Source of the DNA: Oculina patagonica
Lineage: Eukaryota
Assembly (NCBI RefSeq): GCF_052425735.1
Contig: NC_135761.1
Location: 31,930,001-31,994,000, forward strand
DNA: 64,000 nt
Direction: 5' to 3'
Numbering within the stretch: the first letter of the stretch is position 1; each line of letters opens with the position of its first letter. Shown piece by piece: positions 1 to 12,365 of the stretch. A model generated the notes under the pieces. It did no database searches. It had not been told where the DNA came from and saw only the letters and a list, made by a program, of their open reading frames with translations. A program made the translations under genes and the position numbers.

Positions 1-1134
1 ATAATGCCTAGAGATAGATTTGACAAATTAACTCAATATCTCCACATCAATGACAATGAAAAGGCTGCCCGCACGGACACCGTGACCACGACAAGCTATT
101 CAAAATCCGTCCTTTGTTCGAGGCTGTTCCTTGAAGTTCCTTGAAGAATATGTACCGTCCTAAAACGTCTCAGTCGATGAAGCAATGATTGCTTTCAAAG
201 GACAATAAGCAATGAAGTAATATCTTCCAGTGAAACCTGTGAAAAGGGGAAAAAAAGTGTGGATGTGTGATGATGCTTCGAATGGTTTTGTTTGTAATAT
301 GCAAGTCTACATAGGAAAGAAAGATGGCGCGCAACTGAACATGGACTCGGTTACCGTGCTGTTCGAGATTTAACACAACCTTTTATCAACAAAAACCGTC
401 ATGTTTTTGCTGACAATTTCTTTACATCCATTCCATTAGCTTGCGATTTGTTAAGAGACAACACGTATTTCTGTGGAACTGTTCATTACAATCTGGGTGG
501 CTTCCCTTCGAGTTTGAATCCAACACGAGCTGATGTGAAGGCACTACGAAAAGGAGAATCTAAATTCTGCCGCCACAGGAACTTAGTCGCTTCTGTTTGA
601 AAGGACACAAAGTTAGTTCACTTTCTCAGCACACAATCAAATCCTGTTGGAGTCCACACTGTGAATAGAAAGCAAAAGGACGGAACAATCATTCAAATTC
701 CTACAGTTCCCGTTGTTGTTGATTACAACAAGAACATGGGTGGAGTGGATTTGAGTGATCAACAACGCCAATACTATGCTGTGGGCAGAAAGTCTCGCAA
801 GTGGTGGCGCTACCTTCTGTGGTTCTTCATTGATGTGAGCATAGTTAATGCTCACTTTCTAGAGTGTCAGGCGGACAATCATCGTTCAAAAACCCAGTTG
901 AAATTTAGACTTGAGTTGTTGAAGATGCTCATCGGTGATTTTTCAAGTCGTTCACTAACTGTTTCAGAAGGATGAATTACATGTGGACATTGGCCTGTGG
1001 CTACAACACGAAGGCGATGCAAACGCTGTTTGAAACGAAAGAGCACTAAGTTTTGTCAAATTTCATGTATGGCTTGTAACAAGCGAGTATGCTTGGATTG
1101 TTTTGCCAATCACACTGATGATGATTTGTCATAA
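1..1134 (+). pseudogene. Decayed piggyBac (PGBD4-like) transposase, 3' part
   Basis: Motifs MPRDRF, SVDEAM, FADNFFTS, YNKNMGGVDLSDQ, KWWRYL and a C-terminal Cys-rich domain (CKRC..CMAC..CLDCF), broken by several stops and frameshifts. Confidence 0.93.
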
Positions 1135-1237
1135 ATATGGCGCGAATTTCAAAAGTTCATGATCGAACATTTTGGCTTACATTTTCAGAAAATGGTCTGT
1201 ATGGGAACATGTGCTTGCAAAGATGTAAATATAGTTA

Positions 1238-1480
1238 CCGTGTTTTCTTGATTAAACGCCCCCAGCGTTTATTTCAAACTTGGCCCTATAGGGCCGGCGT
1301 TTATTTGAATTCAGGAGTTTTTTCAAGCCCTATGTTTCTAAGAAATGATTTTTATTCATTATTTTTGACAGCTATATAATAAGAAATTATTTTTAAAGCG
1401 TATTCAACCTTAAATAATTGTCTAAGGGGTTGATTTTCAAATACAACTTGGAGACCCAGCGTTTAATTGAGAAAATACGG
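1238..1480. mobile_element. Tc1/mariner-pogo type MITE
   Basis: TIRs ccgtgttttcttgattaaacgc / gcgtttaattgagaaaatacgg, flanked by TA on both sides. Confidence 0.8.
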
Positions 1481-2616
1481 TACTTGTTTGTTCTGTTTTT
1501 GCTTTTTTGTGTCCAGTAGGACTAGAACATTGATGTAAATAGAACATTGTTTCTGCTATGAATGACACACAAGATATGGAAATAACCAGTCTGAGACATT
1601 AATCTTAAAACAAGTTTATTTTAATCATTTTGCTCTGTATATTTGATAGTATAAATTATATCATTAAATAGTTTTATCATTTTGTAGCAACGTTTGTTTG
1701 AATCATTTTGCTGTATGGTGCTTTGCTTTTGCTGTAAAGAGCTTTTTCTGAACCTACCTGAAATTACTCCTAAAATGCCTGGAAGCCCTAAGGGAAGAGG
1801 GGTCATATTTCTGATTGGGCCTGTAGGCCTTTAAAGGGTTAATAAGACAGGACCTTGTCGTATCTACAGACGCTAAAACGATGAGCAGACTAACAATTGC
1901 TTGTATGAGCGGTAAAGGCAAAAATATCTCCAGTGTAGTCATTCAAAGAGTAGTTCGCTAGGACGACAAGGGACATTAACACTGCGTAAACACTCGCTAA
2001 GAAATTTGGACATGGCGGTGGCTTTTCCATTTTCAACATAAGCAACTCTGAAAATTCAGAAGAAACACTGATGTTTATTTATACTTCTCAAATAGAAAAA
2101 AACAACAACGATTTTCTGTTCGTCTAAAGTTACGCTTTCCACACCTTTTTTGTGAATTATTTTGGAGCAAAGCGTTGCATAAGGTTTTGACACCTTTTGT
2201 TGTATCCGAACGTTTTGTACACAACTAAGGACATAGTAAAATAGTAAACAATTGCTCAGTAGAACATTTCTATGTAACTATACCTTCCATTTCTATCATA
2301 ATCATTTAAAAAACACAGGTTTTAATTTTTTAATTGCAAAACTGTAAGACTACTGCGCGTTGGCTGATTAAGCTGAGTTTCTTCAGAGGCAAAACACTTA
2401 TTTTCTCTCCTTGTAGTGACACCTTTATGAAACACAACGTGGCAACATTTACCTTCGCACCCTAAGATCAATGGCAACATTCGCCTTTTTAATCAATCTT
2501 TTGTTATATTAGAATTTTTGTTACGGTGAAAACACACGAATTTTCACACAACTCCAAGAGAATTAATTACCATTCTATAAGAGTCGTCCATGTTTGTGAG
2601 TGTTGTTTGCCTGAGG

Positions 2617-3270
2617 ATGTCAGACTTGGACGAAAATATTTTTCTGAAAGTGGCCTTAAAAGGCGAAATAACGCAGCCGTCCTCTTCGCAGGGGAAAAGG
2701 AAAGAAAAGCCAAGAAAAAAAGCTCATCGCTATTCGCAGATTGAAGACCTGATTCTAGTGCAAGCTGTCGAGAATTGTGGTCGTGAGTGGCGAAGCGTGG
2801 TTCACTTCATGAAAAAACACGCAGAAGTGTTAGCGGAAAACAGCGAAATATACAGAAAAGCGGACCCGAATGACAAAAAGTTACAAGAAAGACTGCGAAA
2901 AAGAGCCGCAAAAATTTTGAGAGACCGTGATTCAAGAGCAAGGTAAGTGATTTCTTTTTAGTATCGATAGTTTTTCTATTAAATATCTCTTGGTTCGATA
3001 CCGTGTTTAAGTCGCGCTTTTCCCTTTTTATCGTTAGCATGAGTAAACAAGCCCCCACCATCGACGAAGAATACAACAGTGGGAAAAATTTGCCGAAAAG
3101 CGGCAGTTCCAGTGACTCGAGCTGTGAAACGAATGACACGTTGGTCTTTGATCTCAGCGCCCGCCAAAAAATGAGACAAAAAATATGTGAAGAATACCAA
3201 GCAGACAGCAATCCAACTGATGTGCTGGCCGCTATAAAGAGAAAAAGGAAAAGGAACGAATCAAAGACAG
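2617..3270 (+). CDS. Spliced Myb/SANT-like domain gene (exons 2617-2942 and 3038-3270; probable later exon near 4173-4320 with a stop)
   Basis: YSQIEDLILVQAVENCGREWRSV is Myb-like; phase-2 GT-AG intron 2943-3037 keeps the frame; donor at 3271. Confidence 0.6.
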
Positions 3271-4523
3271 GTGAGATTTATAAGACATTCATTTCGTTCA
3301 ACAGCCATATGAAATACACGCAAGACATTATACACGTCAATGACCTTTTATGTAATTTGGGAAGTATGTAGGACCGGAGATAACGACATATCCAACAAGA
3401 TATGTTTCCCCAGTGATGGCTTTTTTACATGTAAGAATAACTAACTGCTTATAGAAGCATAAAAGTGAATGTCTGAAAAATCGATGAAGATCCTGAAAAA
3501 TGTGCCAACATCTGAATCGTCTGATATCACGACAAAAAAAAAATCATACACACTTCCCAAGGTTTCATTTTTTGTTAACTCTTGTGAGTCTTTGCATGAC
3601 CGCAGAATAAATTTTCACAAAATCACTGTTTTTGTACCTGAAATAACCATCATTCGAGCGAGTGTTGTATGGTTAAACACCCGAACTAAACTATGCTTCC
3701 GGGAAAAATGCTGTTTTCAGTGCTTGATGTCTCCTTGCGTATGAGATGTGGACTGTGTTGTTTATTTGGAATACAACTTATTTCGCATCGATTAATTTAA
3801 ATAACAATGAGCGTGTGATTTTATGGGTCATTGATGGTCGTTCATGCAAAACATCTACTAAATCCTGCGCGTATGAAACCGTAAACCTACAAAACAATGA
3901 CTGGGCTCCTTTGGTAACTGGTCCAGTATATGCTATTACACCTGTTGAAATCTCTCAGCAAACATGACGTCTGTGAGCGAGAAGCCAAAAAGTGTAAAAT
4001 TTCGAATACCAGTCTTAGGGATTTCCAAGTTTTATATATGCCACATATTTCAGTTACTTACCTAGCCCTACAAACTGACAAATTATGAGTGTTTTTATTA
4101 CAGCGGCCACAATTTCTTTGTCTGAACTGACACTTACTCTTAATACTTAAACTTTACATTCTTACGTTTCAGAAAAATGGGGAACAGGCAGACGAAAAAG
4201 AAGGAGAGGGAGGAAAAAACTACATAAGAAAAATTAAATGCCTTATTGGATCAGATGCCAAAATTGTTGGAAAATGCGAATGCTGCTGCCTTAGCACATA
4301 CAGAAGCGCTTGCCAAATGACTGTCAAAATACCATAAAGTTCCGTGTGTAAGCCGCACCCGTAGATAAGCCGCACCCCCGATTTGGAAGCTCACATTTTT
4401 GAAAAAAAATATACAGACCATAAAGTTTGAAGTTCAAGTGAAGTTCTATTGGTAAACAAACAAGGGCAAACAAGAACGGTTTCGAAACACTGCGCGGCGA
4501 TTGTTGCAATGTTTAATATAAAT

Positions 4524-6135
4524 GAAGGGAGGACTGGTACGGGCAAGATGGCGGAATAGACGTGTCCGTAAGAGCTCCGCACTTATTAGCTAATTTAAAC
4601 CTAATGTTGCCCATGTTGGATGATATTGTCTATTCATCCAAGAAATCTATTACACTAAAGCGAACATCAACACAGAGAAGTGATTCTAGCACGTCTGAAT
4701 CGAGCTCTCCGTCGGATAAGCGACTCAGGAATACGAAGCACATTGAACTGGAAGGCGAAGTCCAAGAAGTCTTCGAAGGAGCAGTCGAAGCCTCGCTTGC
4801 CGTAGATATGTCCGAAATGATGGCAGAGAAGCTCGACGAAATATTGGCCAAGCTGAATAAGCTTGACAGCATCGAAACAACTCTAAATAATCTTTGTTCA
4901 AAGATGGCCACAGTGGAAAGTGACGTATCGAAGCTGAAAGACGGCGCACGTGTTACTGATGGTAAACTGGAGAAGATGGATAACGGTTTACAATGGATGA
5001 ATACAGAAGTTGAAGACTTGAAATTGAAGATAACGCTTCTTGAAACAGCTAAAAAAGATCTACACACGCAGCAACTTTATGCAGAAGCTTATAGCCGAAG
5101 GGAAAATTTGAAATTCTTTGGACTAGCTGAGAGAGAAACAAAGAGCAGCTCAAATAGCAGCGAGGTGATCAACACGCGTAATATCCTATTTGAGTTCCTG
5201 GAAAAAAGGCTTGGCCTTGAAAACCCAGAAAAAGAAATAGAGTTACAAAGAGTTCATCGCATTGGAAAACCAACTGCTGGAAAAACGCGACCAATTATCG
5301 CAAGATTTCTTCGCTTTCAAGATCGTGAGATGGTATTAAAAGCTTCCTTTCGTCTACAAGATCCGGAGATCAAAGTGCTGGAAGATTATCCGCAAGAGAT
5401 TATCGAACGCCGACGAAAACAGATGAAAAAGTTAAAGGATACCAAAAAGAACGGTATGAAAGTCTCATTTAGTAAAGCCGAACCAGATAAACTCTATATA
5501 AATGGTAAATTCATTCCAATGTAAAGCTCTGTTTACGTTCGGACGCGTCTTTTAGGTCGCAATTCAAATGGTTTATGAATTATTATTGTTAGCCGCAGGC
5601 CAAAGAGCTAAAATTGTAAACATGGGCTAATAAGTATCGAACGGAGTTCTGAATGCTTGATGGAGTTATCTTTATTTCATCTTGCATTCTTCGAGGGGAG
5701 CTATGTGTGTGTTTATTTATATGTGATTTTTTGTTGCATTTTAGTTAGTTTCAGTTTAGTGAGATGTTTTTTCGCTGAGATCACACAATTGGGCACTATA
5801 CGAAGAAATTTTCCCTATGTATTGTACTCAAAACAGTCATTAATCTATTCATTATGGATGTTCTTGTTTCTTCAGCCTTCTGTCGTTTATTCAAAATTTA
5901 GCTTTCAGATTTGGATCTTATTATTTATGCATGTTTAAAATATGTCAGCTTGTATGTAATTGTGTGATGAGTGAGCGAGCGAGTGGGTAAGTAGGTTTAA
6001 GGTTTAATGTAAAAACTCGTAATGTTGTTAAGTATTGTTAGTTGTATAAGTAGTAGCTTGTATTGTAAATAGTGTATGTAACTATGTGTTATGCAAATAA
6101 AAATTATTAAAAAAAATAAAAATAATAATAAAAAA
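4524..6135 (+). mobile_element. ORF1-only L1/Tx1-like retroelement (HAL1-like) with A-rich tail and 88-bp TSD
   Basis: 4436-4523 is identical to 6136-6223; A-rich tail at about 6095-6135; a single ORF1 and no ORF2. Confidence 0.85.
4604..5524 (+). CDS. L1-type ORF1p (coiled coil + RRM + CTD), intact
   Basis: Heptad region, [53 protein letters not shown]; first ATG at 4604. Confidence 0.9.
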   Translation: MLPMLDDIVYSSKKSITLKRTSTQRSDSSTSESSSPSDKRLRNTKHIELEGEVQEVFEGAVEASLAVDMSEMMAEKLDEILAKLNKLDSIETTLNNLCSKMATVESDVSKLKDGARVTDGKLEKMDNGLQWMNTEVEDLKLKITLLETAKKDLHTQQLYAEAYSRRENLKFFGLAERETKSSSNSSEVINTRNILFEFLEKRLGLENPEKEIELQRVHRIGKPTAGKTRPIIARFLRFQDREMVLKASFRLQDPEIKVLEDYPQEIIERRRKQMKKLKDTKKNGMKVSFSKAEPDKLYINGKFIPM

Positions 6136-7379
6136 AAGTGAAGTTCTATTGGTAAACAAACAAGGGCAAACAAGAACGGTTTCGAAACACTGCGCGGCGA
6201 TTGTTGCAATGTTTAATATAAATTGAGACCTACGAAAGCGAAATTTCACTGGTCATACCTCCCTTTAAGTTTGAGTTCACAATATCTAAAACTTGGATGC
6301 TCTCTTGATATAATTTTTTCGAGATTATCACTTCTAAACACTACTGAAACACTTGTAATCGTATGCGAGTGATAAATGCTTAGTGGCTAAACTTTGAAAT
6401 GTAGAGAGGAGTCTGGGCACTAAAACAAACATGGTGGCACTTTCTTCGGAAGAAACCACGTTTTTATTTCAAGATTCTTGGAAACTGCTACCCGCAACAG
6501 GTTAAAAACTTCATGCAGAAAATGAGTTGTTAATCCAACAGATGCATTTGTTGTAAAGGTCAATAAAAAAGTGAAGCGGTCGGCCATTAGCCTTGTGAGT
6601 ACTTGCGTTTATCTTGGTGCTTTCTCGCATGCGACGGAAAGACATGATTCGAAGTGACTGGCAGGTTCACTGCAAACAGCTTTGCAGAGGAACTAAAAGG
6701 CAGTGAACAACAAAGTTTTAAGGTTGTTATATGTTTATTCAGTGATGTCTTGAGAAGTTTTTTATGAATATTAATAAGCCTTTTAGAACTCCAACCAGAG
6801 ATGCTTCCGTAGATAAGCCGCACCCCCGATGTTTGACTTGAATTTAGAGAAAAAAGGTGCAACTTATACACGGAACTTTACGGTATGCTTTGTTGTCAGA
6901 TAGTAGTAATGAATAAAATGCTCGAGGAACTCTATTCTCTTTGTGCTAATTGTTGTGCACCGTTACAGACATTTTAAATTCTGTTTTTAGTTTAATTATA
7001 CAGCGGATTTTTTTCAAGGATACACTCTTTATGTAAGATTGGATATCTGCTTCAGTTAAAAGAGTTCTATCCTGGTGATTTTTTTCTGTTTTTAATAAAC
7101 ATGGCTAATGCACATCAATGCAAATGAATATCAATGGAAAGATATTAAATATATTGCAGTTGATTGAATGACGAACTGTCACTTTATTAGAATTCAAATG
7201 CAAAGGGTTTTGCCCAACGGGGATGGTAAAGCTTTGACTGGTATATGATGGCATGTGCATTTTGGAGGACCATGGATGCCTTTTACAAACAAACTGCCTA
7301 TACGCACTGTATTCTCTTTGCAAATATTCTCATGTTACTTTGGTGCAAACTAAAATATACACTTCCTGTATCTTCACAG

Positions 7380-8450
7380 GTTTGATACTTTAAGTGAACA
7401 GCAACAGCTGATTGTCAATTTAGTCCAAGGAGGGCACAATGTTTATTTTGGTGGTATTGCTGGTTGTGGAAAGACGTATGTTGCAAAACATGTTTTGGAT
7501 GTCCTCAATTGGAAGAATATGGAGTTTGCCTGCATATGTACTACAGGCATTGCCTGTACCTTTTATGGCGAGATCCCTGCCTGCATGATCCATTCCCTTT
7601 CTGGAATTGGACATTATAGAGGAACCAAAGAACAGCTCTTATGCAATATGTTGGCCAATCAGGACTGCAGCAACCGATGGAGATACACTGAAATTCAGTT
7701 TATTGATGAAATTTCTATGTTAAGCAAAACATTTGTAACTCCAATTATATGTTTGGGGGTTTGCAAGTGGTGGCATTTGGAGACTTCCTGCAATTGCCTC
7801 CAGTGCCAAGTGCAATTGATGATGGAAAGTATGCTTTTGAAAGGGAATCATGGCAGTTTGTATTCCCTTATCAAGTGATTCTGGAGGATAGTTTCCGTGT
7901 GAAAGATGACAATAAACTTGTCAACATCCTCAAAGACATTTCTGTAGGTCACTGCAGTGATCAGCTGAATTACAACTTGACTTCATTCCAAAGGTTTTTC
8001 CCCTTAATGAGGATGTTGACTATTCCAACATGTGCACACTGGACAGCCTGCCAGGTAAAGAGGTGGTATTTACAACATAAATGATAGCATCAAAAATGGT
8101 GTACAAGGAACTGTGGCATCATTTTTGAATAGATTGCCAGTGGTCACTACAAGCGATGGGACAGAGGGTGTTGTGGTTGAAAGGGTGACCTGGTCTGTGT
8201 ATGACAAAATTGAAACTCACAAGTTGGTTGGAACACATACTCAGATTCCCTTAAAATTGGCGTGGGCAATGACTGTACACAAAGCCCAAGGGAAAACACT
8301 GGAAGCAGTGGAATTCATTGTGGAAAAGAGTTTGCTCCAGGACATTTGAATGTTGCCATGTCAAGAGTAAAATCAAAGGATCACCTGCGAGTGATTGGTT
8401 TTAACAAGAATAGGCTGATTTCTGCAGCTTCAGAAGTGTTGGATCTGTGA
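7380..8450 (+). pseudogene. PIF1-family helicase, decayed copy 1
   Basis: GIAGCGKT (Walker A), FIDEISML, GDFLQLPPV, QIPLKLAWAMTVHKAQG, VAMSRV; frameshifts and deletions. Confidence 0.9.
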
Positions 8451-8455
8451 AGTTA

Positions 8456-8650
8456 GTAAGCTATGGCCAAAGGTGCTTCTCATTTGTAGCACCTAGCCTA
8501 TGGAACTCTCTCCCGAACTATATAGGAGAGAGCGGCTCGCTATCAGGTTTTAAGACTTGTATAAAGACATACCTTTTTTAACAAATTTTATAATTAGACT
8601 TTTAGTTAGTCAGTTAACCAGTAAATTAGATAGTTTAGTTAGACAGTAAG
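8456..8650 (+). mobile_element. L2/CR1-clade LINE 3' fragment
   Basis: Translates as YGQRCFSFVAP..WNSLP...SLSGFKTCIKTYLF, the typical ORF2 C-terminus. Confidence 0.65.
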
Positions 8651-10242
8651 TTAGTCACTTAGTTAATTAGTTAGTTTTTCATTTAAAGGTTTTAATGATT
8701 CTTAGTTTTTACCTTATGGTATCATAAGGTATAGTGAGGGTTGAATGTCACTCCATTCCCGTTAAACAATTAATGTAAGCATTAAATCCGCATTAAAAGT
8801 GAATTAAACACGGTTTCCCCTCTCTCCCGTACTAGGTTTTGTCCACATAGTCGTGCCATTGTCTAATGTTCATATATGTGGGGGGAGGGGGTGGAGCAAA
8901 AGCGGCAGTACAGTGTACATGTTTTCAAAATGGCGCCTGTTGTGTCGAGCCCGACGGTAAAATTGTCAAGGCGGATTTTTGTTCCTTTCGCAACATCTTT
9001 GATCAAAATACACTTTTAAAGACCTCAAGAACCAACAGAAAATGTGCACAAGAAAGCTCGAGTGAAAAAATGCGACTTTCCCAATGCAAACGAAGCATAA
9101 TCGCAAAGATTGCGGCTGCCGAATTGAGAAGATGGACAAAATGAGCCATTCCATTTTTTATCCGCACCCCCCTATTGAGGATCAAAGAAATCTTAGGTGG
9201 AGGGGGGGGGGGTTGAAGGGGTATAGCAAAATTTACTTGCATGTAAGAAGAAAAATCTGAAGGGGTTTTGCAATTCTGACTTTCTTGTGACATGATAAAT
9301 TCTGAAGGGGTAATGTGAATGTAACTTGGCCATTAGGGGTTAAGCGAATTTTTTTCCAAGCCAAACAGTGTTACCGTTCATTGATACTGTTTTTGTCACA
9401 GGGGGTCCTCACACCATATTTTATCTATCCCGTGTTGTGTTTTGTGGCAGCCATTTTGAATTTTATATTTTTTTTTGTGGTTGGATGGTGCAAGGTCTGG
9501 AACCAAGCATTCCTCGGAAATCGCTCGGAACTGAAGGAAAAAGACAAGGTTTAATTTAACTCAAATGACAGCCTTCGAATTTCGCATTATTTAAAAAGAA
9601 AATTTCTTTCATAACTTCATGAAAATTATTCTGTGAAAAGAGACATTGAACTTAATATCAGTGAGCCTATTTGTCCAAAATTTTCACTAAATCGAATTTT
9701 CTCGACAAATCATAGGGTTTTAATTTACAGCCTCTACAGTGCAGTTTAAGTGAGATTATTTTCACCTTATTCATCATATTGTGACATTACGGACTGGTTC
9801 AAAAGTACAGTGATCAGAGGGGTGGAAAAATTCATTTTACAAAGGCTAGTTTCATGTGACCCACCCTCATATTATGTAATTTGTGATGATCTTAAATTAG
9901 CATAAATTACTATTTTGCCGGCACGGATCAGAGGGCTGGGTGTGGGTTTGAGGTGCGCAGTGTATAGTGGGATTTGAGTTTAAATAGGTGGCCGTTAGAA
10001 AGGTGAGACATTCTACGGTCAGCCTTCGTCACGTTTTGGTCAATGTTTGGTTTTCCACCGAACAAAACTAAAGTCAGGGAAATTATTCCTCTGAACAATC
10101 GTGGTCTTCTTGGTCAGATAAAGAATCTTGTCGCGACTATAATTTTAGTTCTACCAATATTTTGTCTTGGTTCTACGAGATCGAGCGATGAGGTGCCACT
10201 GAGCAGATGCGGGATGTTGAAAGAAGCGCGTTGCTTCTCCTT

Positions 10243-10465
10243 TCATTCAATAAGAAGAGTAATGAAGATCAGTTTAGAGCTAACAAATCGGTCCTAGAGG
10301 CAATTGAAGACGATATCGGTCGTAAAGACTTTGACAAATCCAAGAAAGCGTTCTATCGGGGAATGTCTTTTTAGTCGCCGTTCTGCTTTGGAATGCAAAC
10401 ATCACGATGTGGCGGATGTCGGACGAAGACGATGAGAAGAAAACTTATAGAGCTGAAGCAAAACC
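10243..10465 (+). pseudogene. DIRS/Ngaro gag-like remnant
   Basis: SFNKKSNEDQFRANKSVLEAIED...GMS and DDEKKTYRAEAK, motifs recalled from invertebrate DIRS-order ORF1. Confidence 0.65.
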
Positions 10466-11024
10466 AGGTCTCTGTAGAGACTCCTTTCTTGTGCTGGTCC
10501 TGCCGACTTACGGTCAGAGTGGCTAGGCAACAACGCCCAGGATCAAGGTGTAGTTTGTTCCATTTTACTTTTGGTTTGATTTCCTTTTGATTTAACAGTT
10601 TATTCATGTTTTGTTTAAAGGCAGATTGCGTAGATCACTTCAGTTTTGGAAAGTAATTCCCACGCCTTCTTTCATAATAGGCACTATTAGTCGGGCTTCA
10701 TGTTGCCACTACTTATAATTCCATGGCTTTTTGTTACAACGAACAATTAATCACTAATTTATTGGTGCTGAAAATTTATCTGTCTTTGTTCAGATCACTA
10801 TAACGGGCTTATTAGTTTTGACTGTATCACTATATTTTCTACACCTTCTATCTGTTCCTATTTGGATTCCTTGTTATTGCGTTTATTGATCTCGGTTAAT
10901 TTTTGCGCATACATTATATTGTTGCTACGGGCTACGGTTTCCCGTTAGTCTCCTATGCATTTTGCATCCTACAGTATTAGTACTTTGCTTTATGGCTTTT
11001 TAGCCTTCTGCTTGAAGGGCACGT

Positions 11025-11740
11025 GCCCTTGAGGGGTCTATGATATGAGATTGTTTATGTTTAAGATTTGAATACAGTGCCCTTGACGGGTCTATGATAC
11101 GAGATTATTTATGTTGAAGATCTGAATACAGTGCCCTTGAGATTGCATAGAAGAGCCAATATTGTTGGAATTCAAATAAACCATTATTATTATTATTATT
11201 GTTTATGTTGAAGATTTGATTACAGTGCCCTTGAGTGGTCTATGATATGAGATTGTTTACGTTGAAGATTTGAATACAGTGCCCTTGAGTTTGCATTGAA
11301 GAGCCAATATTGTTGGAATGCAAATAAACCATCATTATTATTATTATTACCAAAAATAAGTCGTATTTGTAATGTATGCTCAAATTTAAGTCAGAATGTA
11401 TTTTTAGCCATTGTAAATATTTTAGAAATAGACAAATAAAAGTATTACTATTGTTATTATTATTATTGTTGTTGTTGTTTTTGTTGAAGATGTGATTACA
11501 CTGTCCTTGGGGGGTCTATGATATGAGATTATTTATGTTGAAGATTTGAATACAGTGCCCTTGAGGGGTCTATGATATGAGATTGTTTATCTTGAGGATT
11601 TGAATACAGTGCCCTTGAGGGGTCTATGATATGAGATTGTTTATGTTGAAGTTTTGAATACAGTGCCCTTGAGGGGTCTATGTTAAATGATTGACATTGT
11701 TGAAGATTTATTATCACTCCCCTTTAGGGGTCTGATATGA
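11025..11740. repeat. 54-bp minisatellite with two embedded short LINE-like tails ending (tta)n
   Basis: Unit gtgcccttgaggggtctatgatatgagattgtttatgttgaagatttgaataca starts at 11555, 11609 and 11663; degenerate copies at about 13120-13330. Confidence 0.9.
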
Positions 11741-12133
11741 GACTGCCAATGTCAAGTATTTATATATTTTCATAGTGCCCTTTAGTAGTGTATAGAGTAC
11801 ATGTATGTTTCTTGTCGTTTTGTTTCTTTCTGGAGTAAGCGTTCATAAATATTGAATTGCGTTTCTCTGGAAGTTGCTTGTCTGTATGTATTAGCTTGCT
11901 TAGTCTCTCTTTTGTTGAAGTACCATTGTTTGTTTTCACATATTCCTTTATTATCACTTTGTTTCGTTTTTTCTTTAGACATTTCTGGCACGAGGTTATA
12001 GTCTTCACCTACATGTGATACAGGAGAGGTGTCCATTATTATTAAAAATAAAAAAAATAATAAAAAATAAAAAAAAGAAAGAAAATGAAATTTACAGCTC
12101 TTGTTTTTGAGTGCTTCAGAGATTTCTCTTAGT

Positions 12134-12365
12134 TACACAGGAGTTTTTAACAGATGGAGATCTTTTGCCTCAACTGTGTTGGGTACCAGTCCCATCCCTG
12201 TAAAGCCCATCAATTGTGCCTCGTTCATGCAGTGAATGCTGTATTCGAGCACATCAGTGTTTTCTATCAGTTGCGCATTCCATGGTTTCAAGCCGCTGCA
12301 CGATCTGGCAAGCTTGAGTGTCCCAATTATCCTTCACTGTTATAGCAGTTAAAGAAAGTACGGTC
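12134..12365 (+). pseudogene. Tyrosine recombinase N-terminal remnant (second copy at about 17237-17430)
   Basis: YTGVFNRWRSFA...P.P, AFHGFK.LHDLA and VIAVKE resemble the N-domain of DIRS YR. Confidence 0.55.

Larger units (their letters stand above)
1..1838 (+). mobile_element. piggyBac element right arm, ending AGGG|TTAA
   Basis: Terminus aggg at 1835-1838 followed by TTAA at 1839-1842, downstream of the transposase; the left end lies outside the window. Confidence 0.75.
4332..6883. mobile_element. TA-flanked pogo/TcMar-type non-autonomous element (~850 bp), interrupted by a retrocopy
   Basis: TIRs ccataaagttccgtgtgtaag / cttatacacggaactttacgg, TA flanks, internal gataagccgcaccc repeats near both ends. 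Confidence 0.8.

Noticed and set aside
11025-11740. CRISPR-like repeat-spacer pattern
   Set aside because: Head-to-tail minisatellite; the interruptions are duplicated LINE-like tails, not unique spacers
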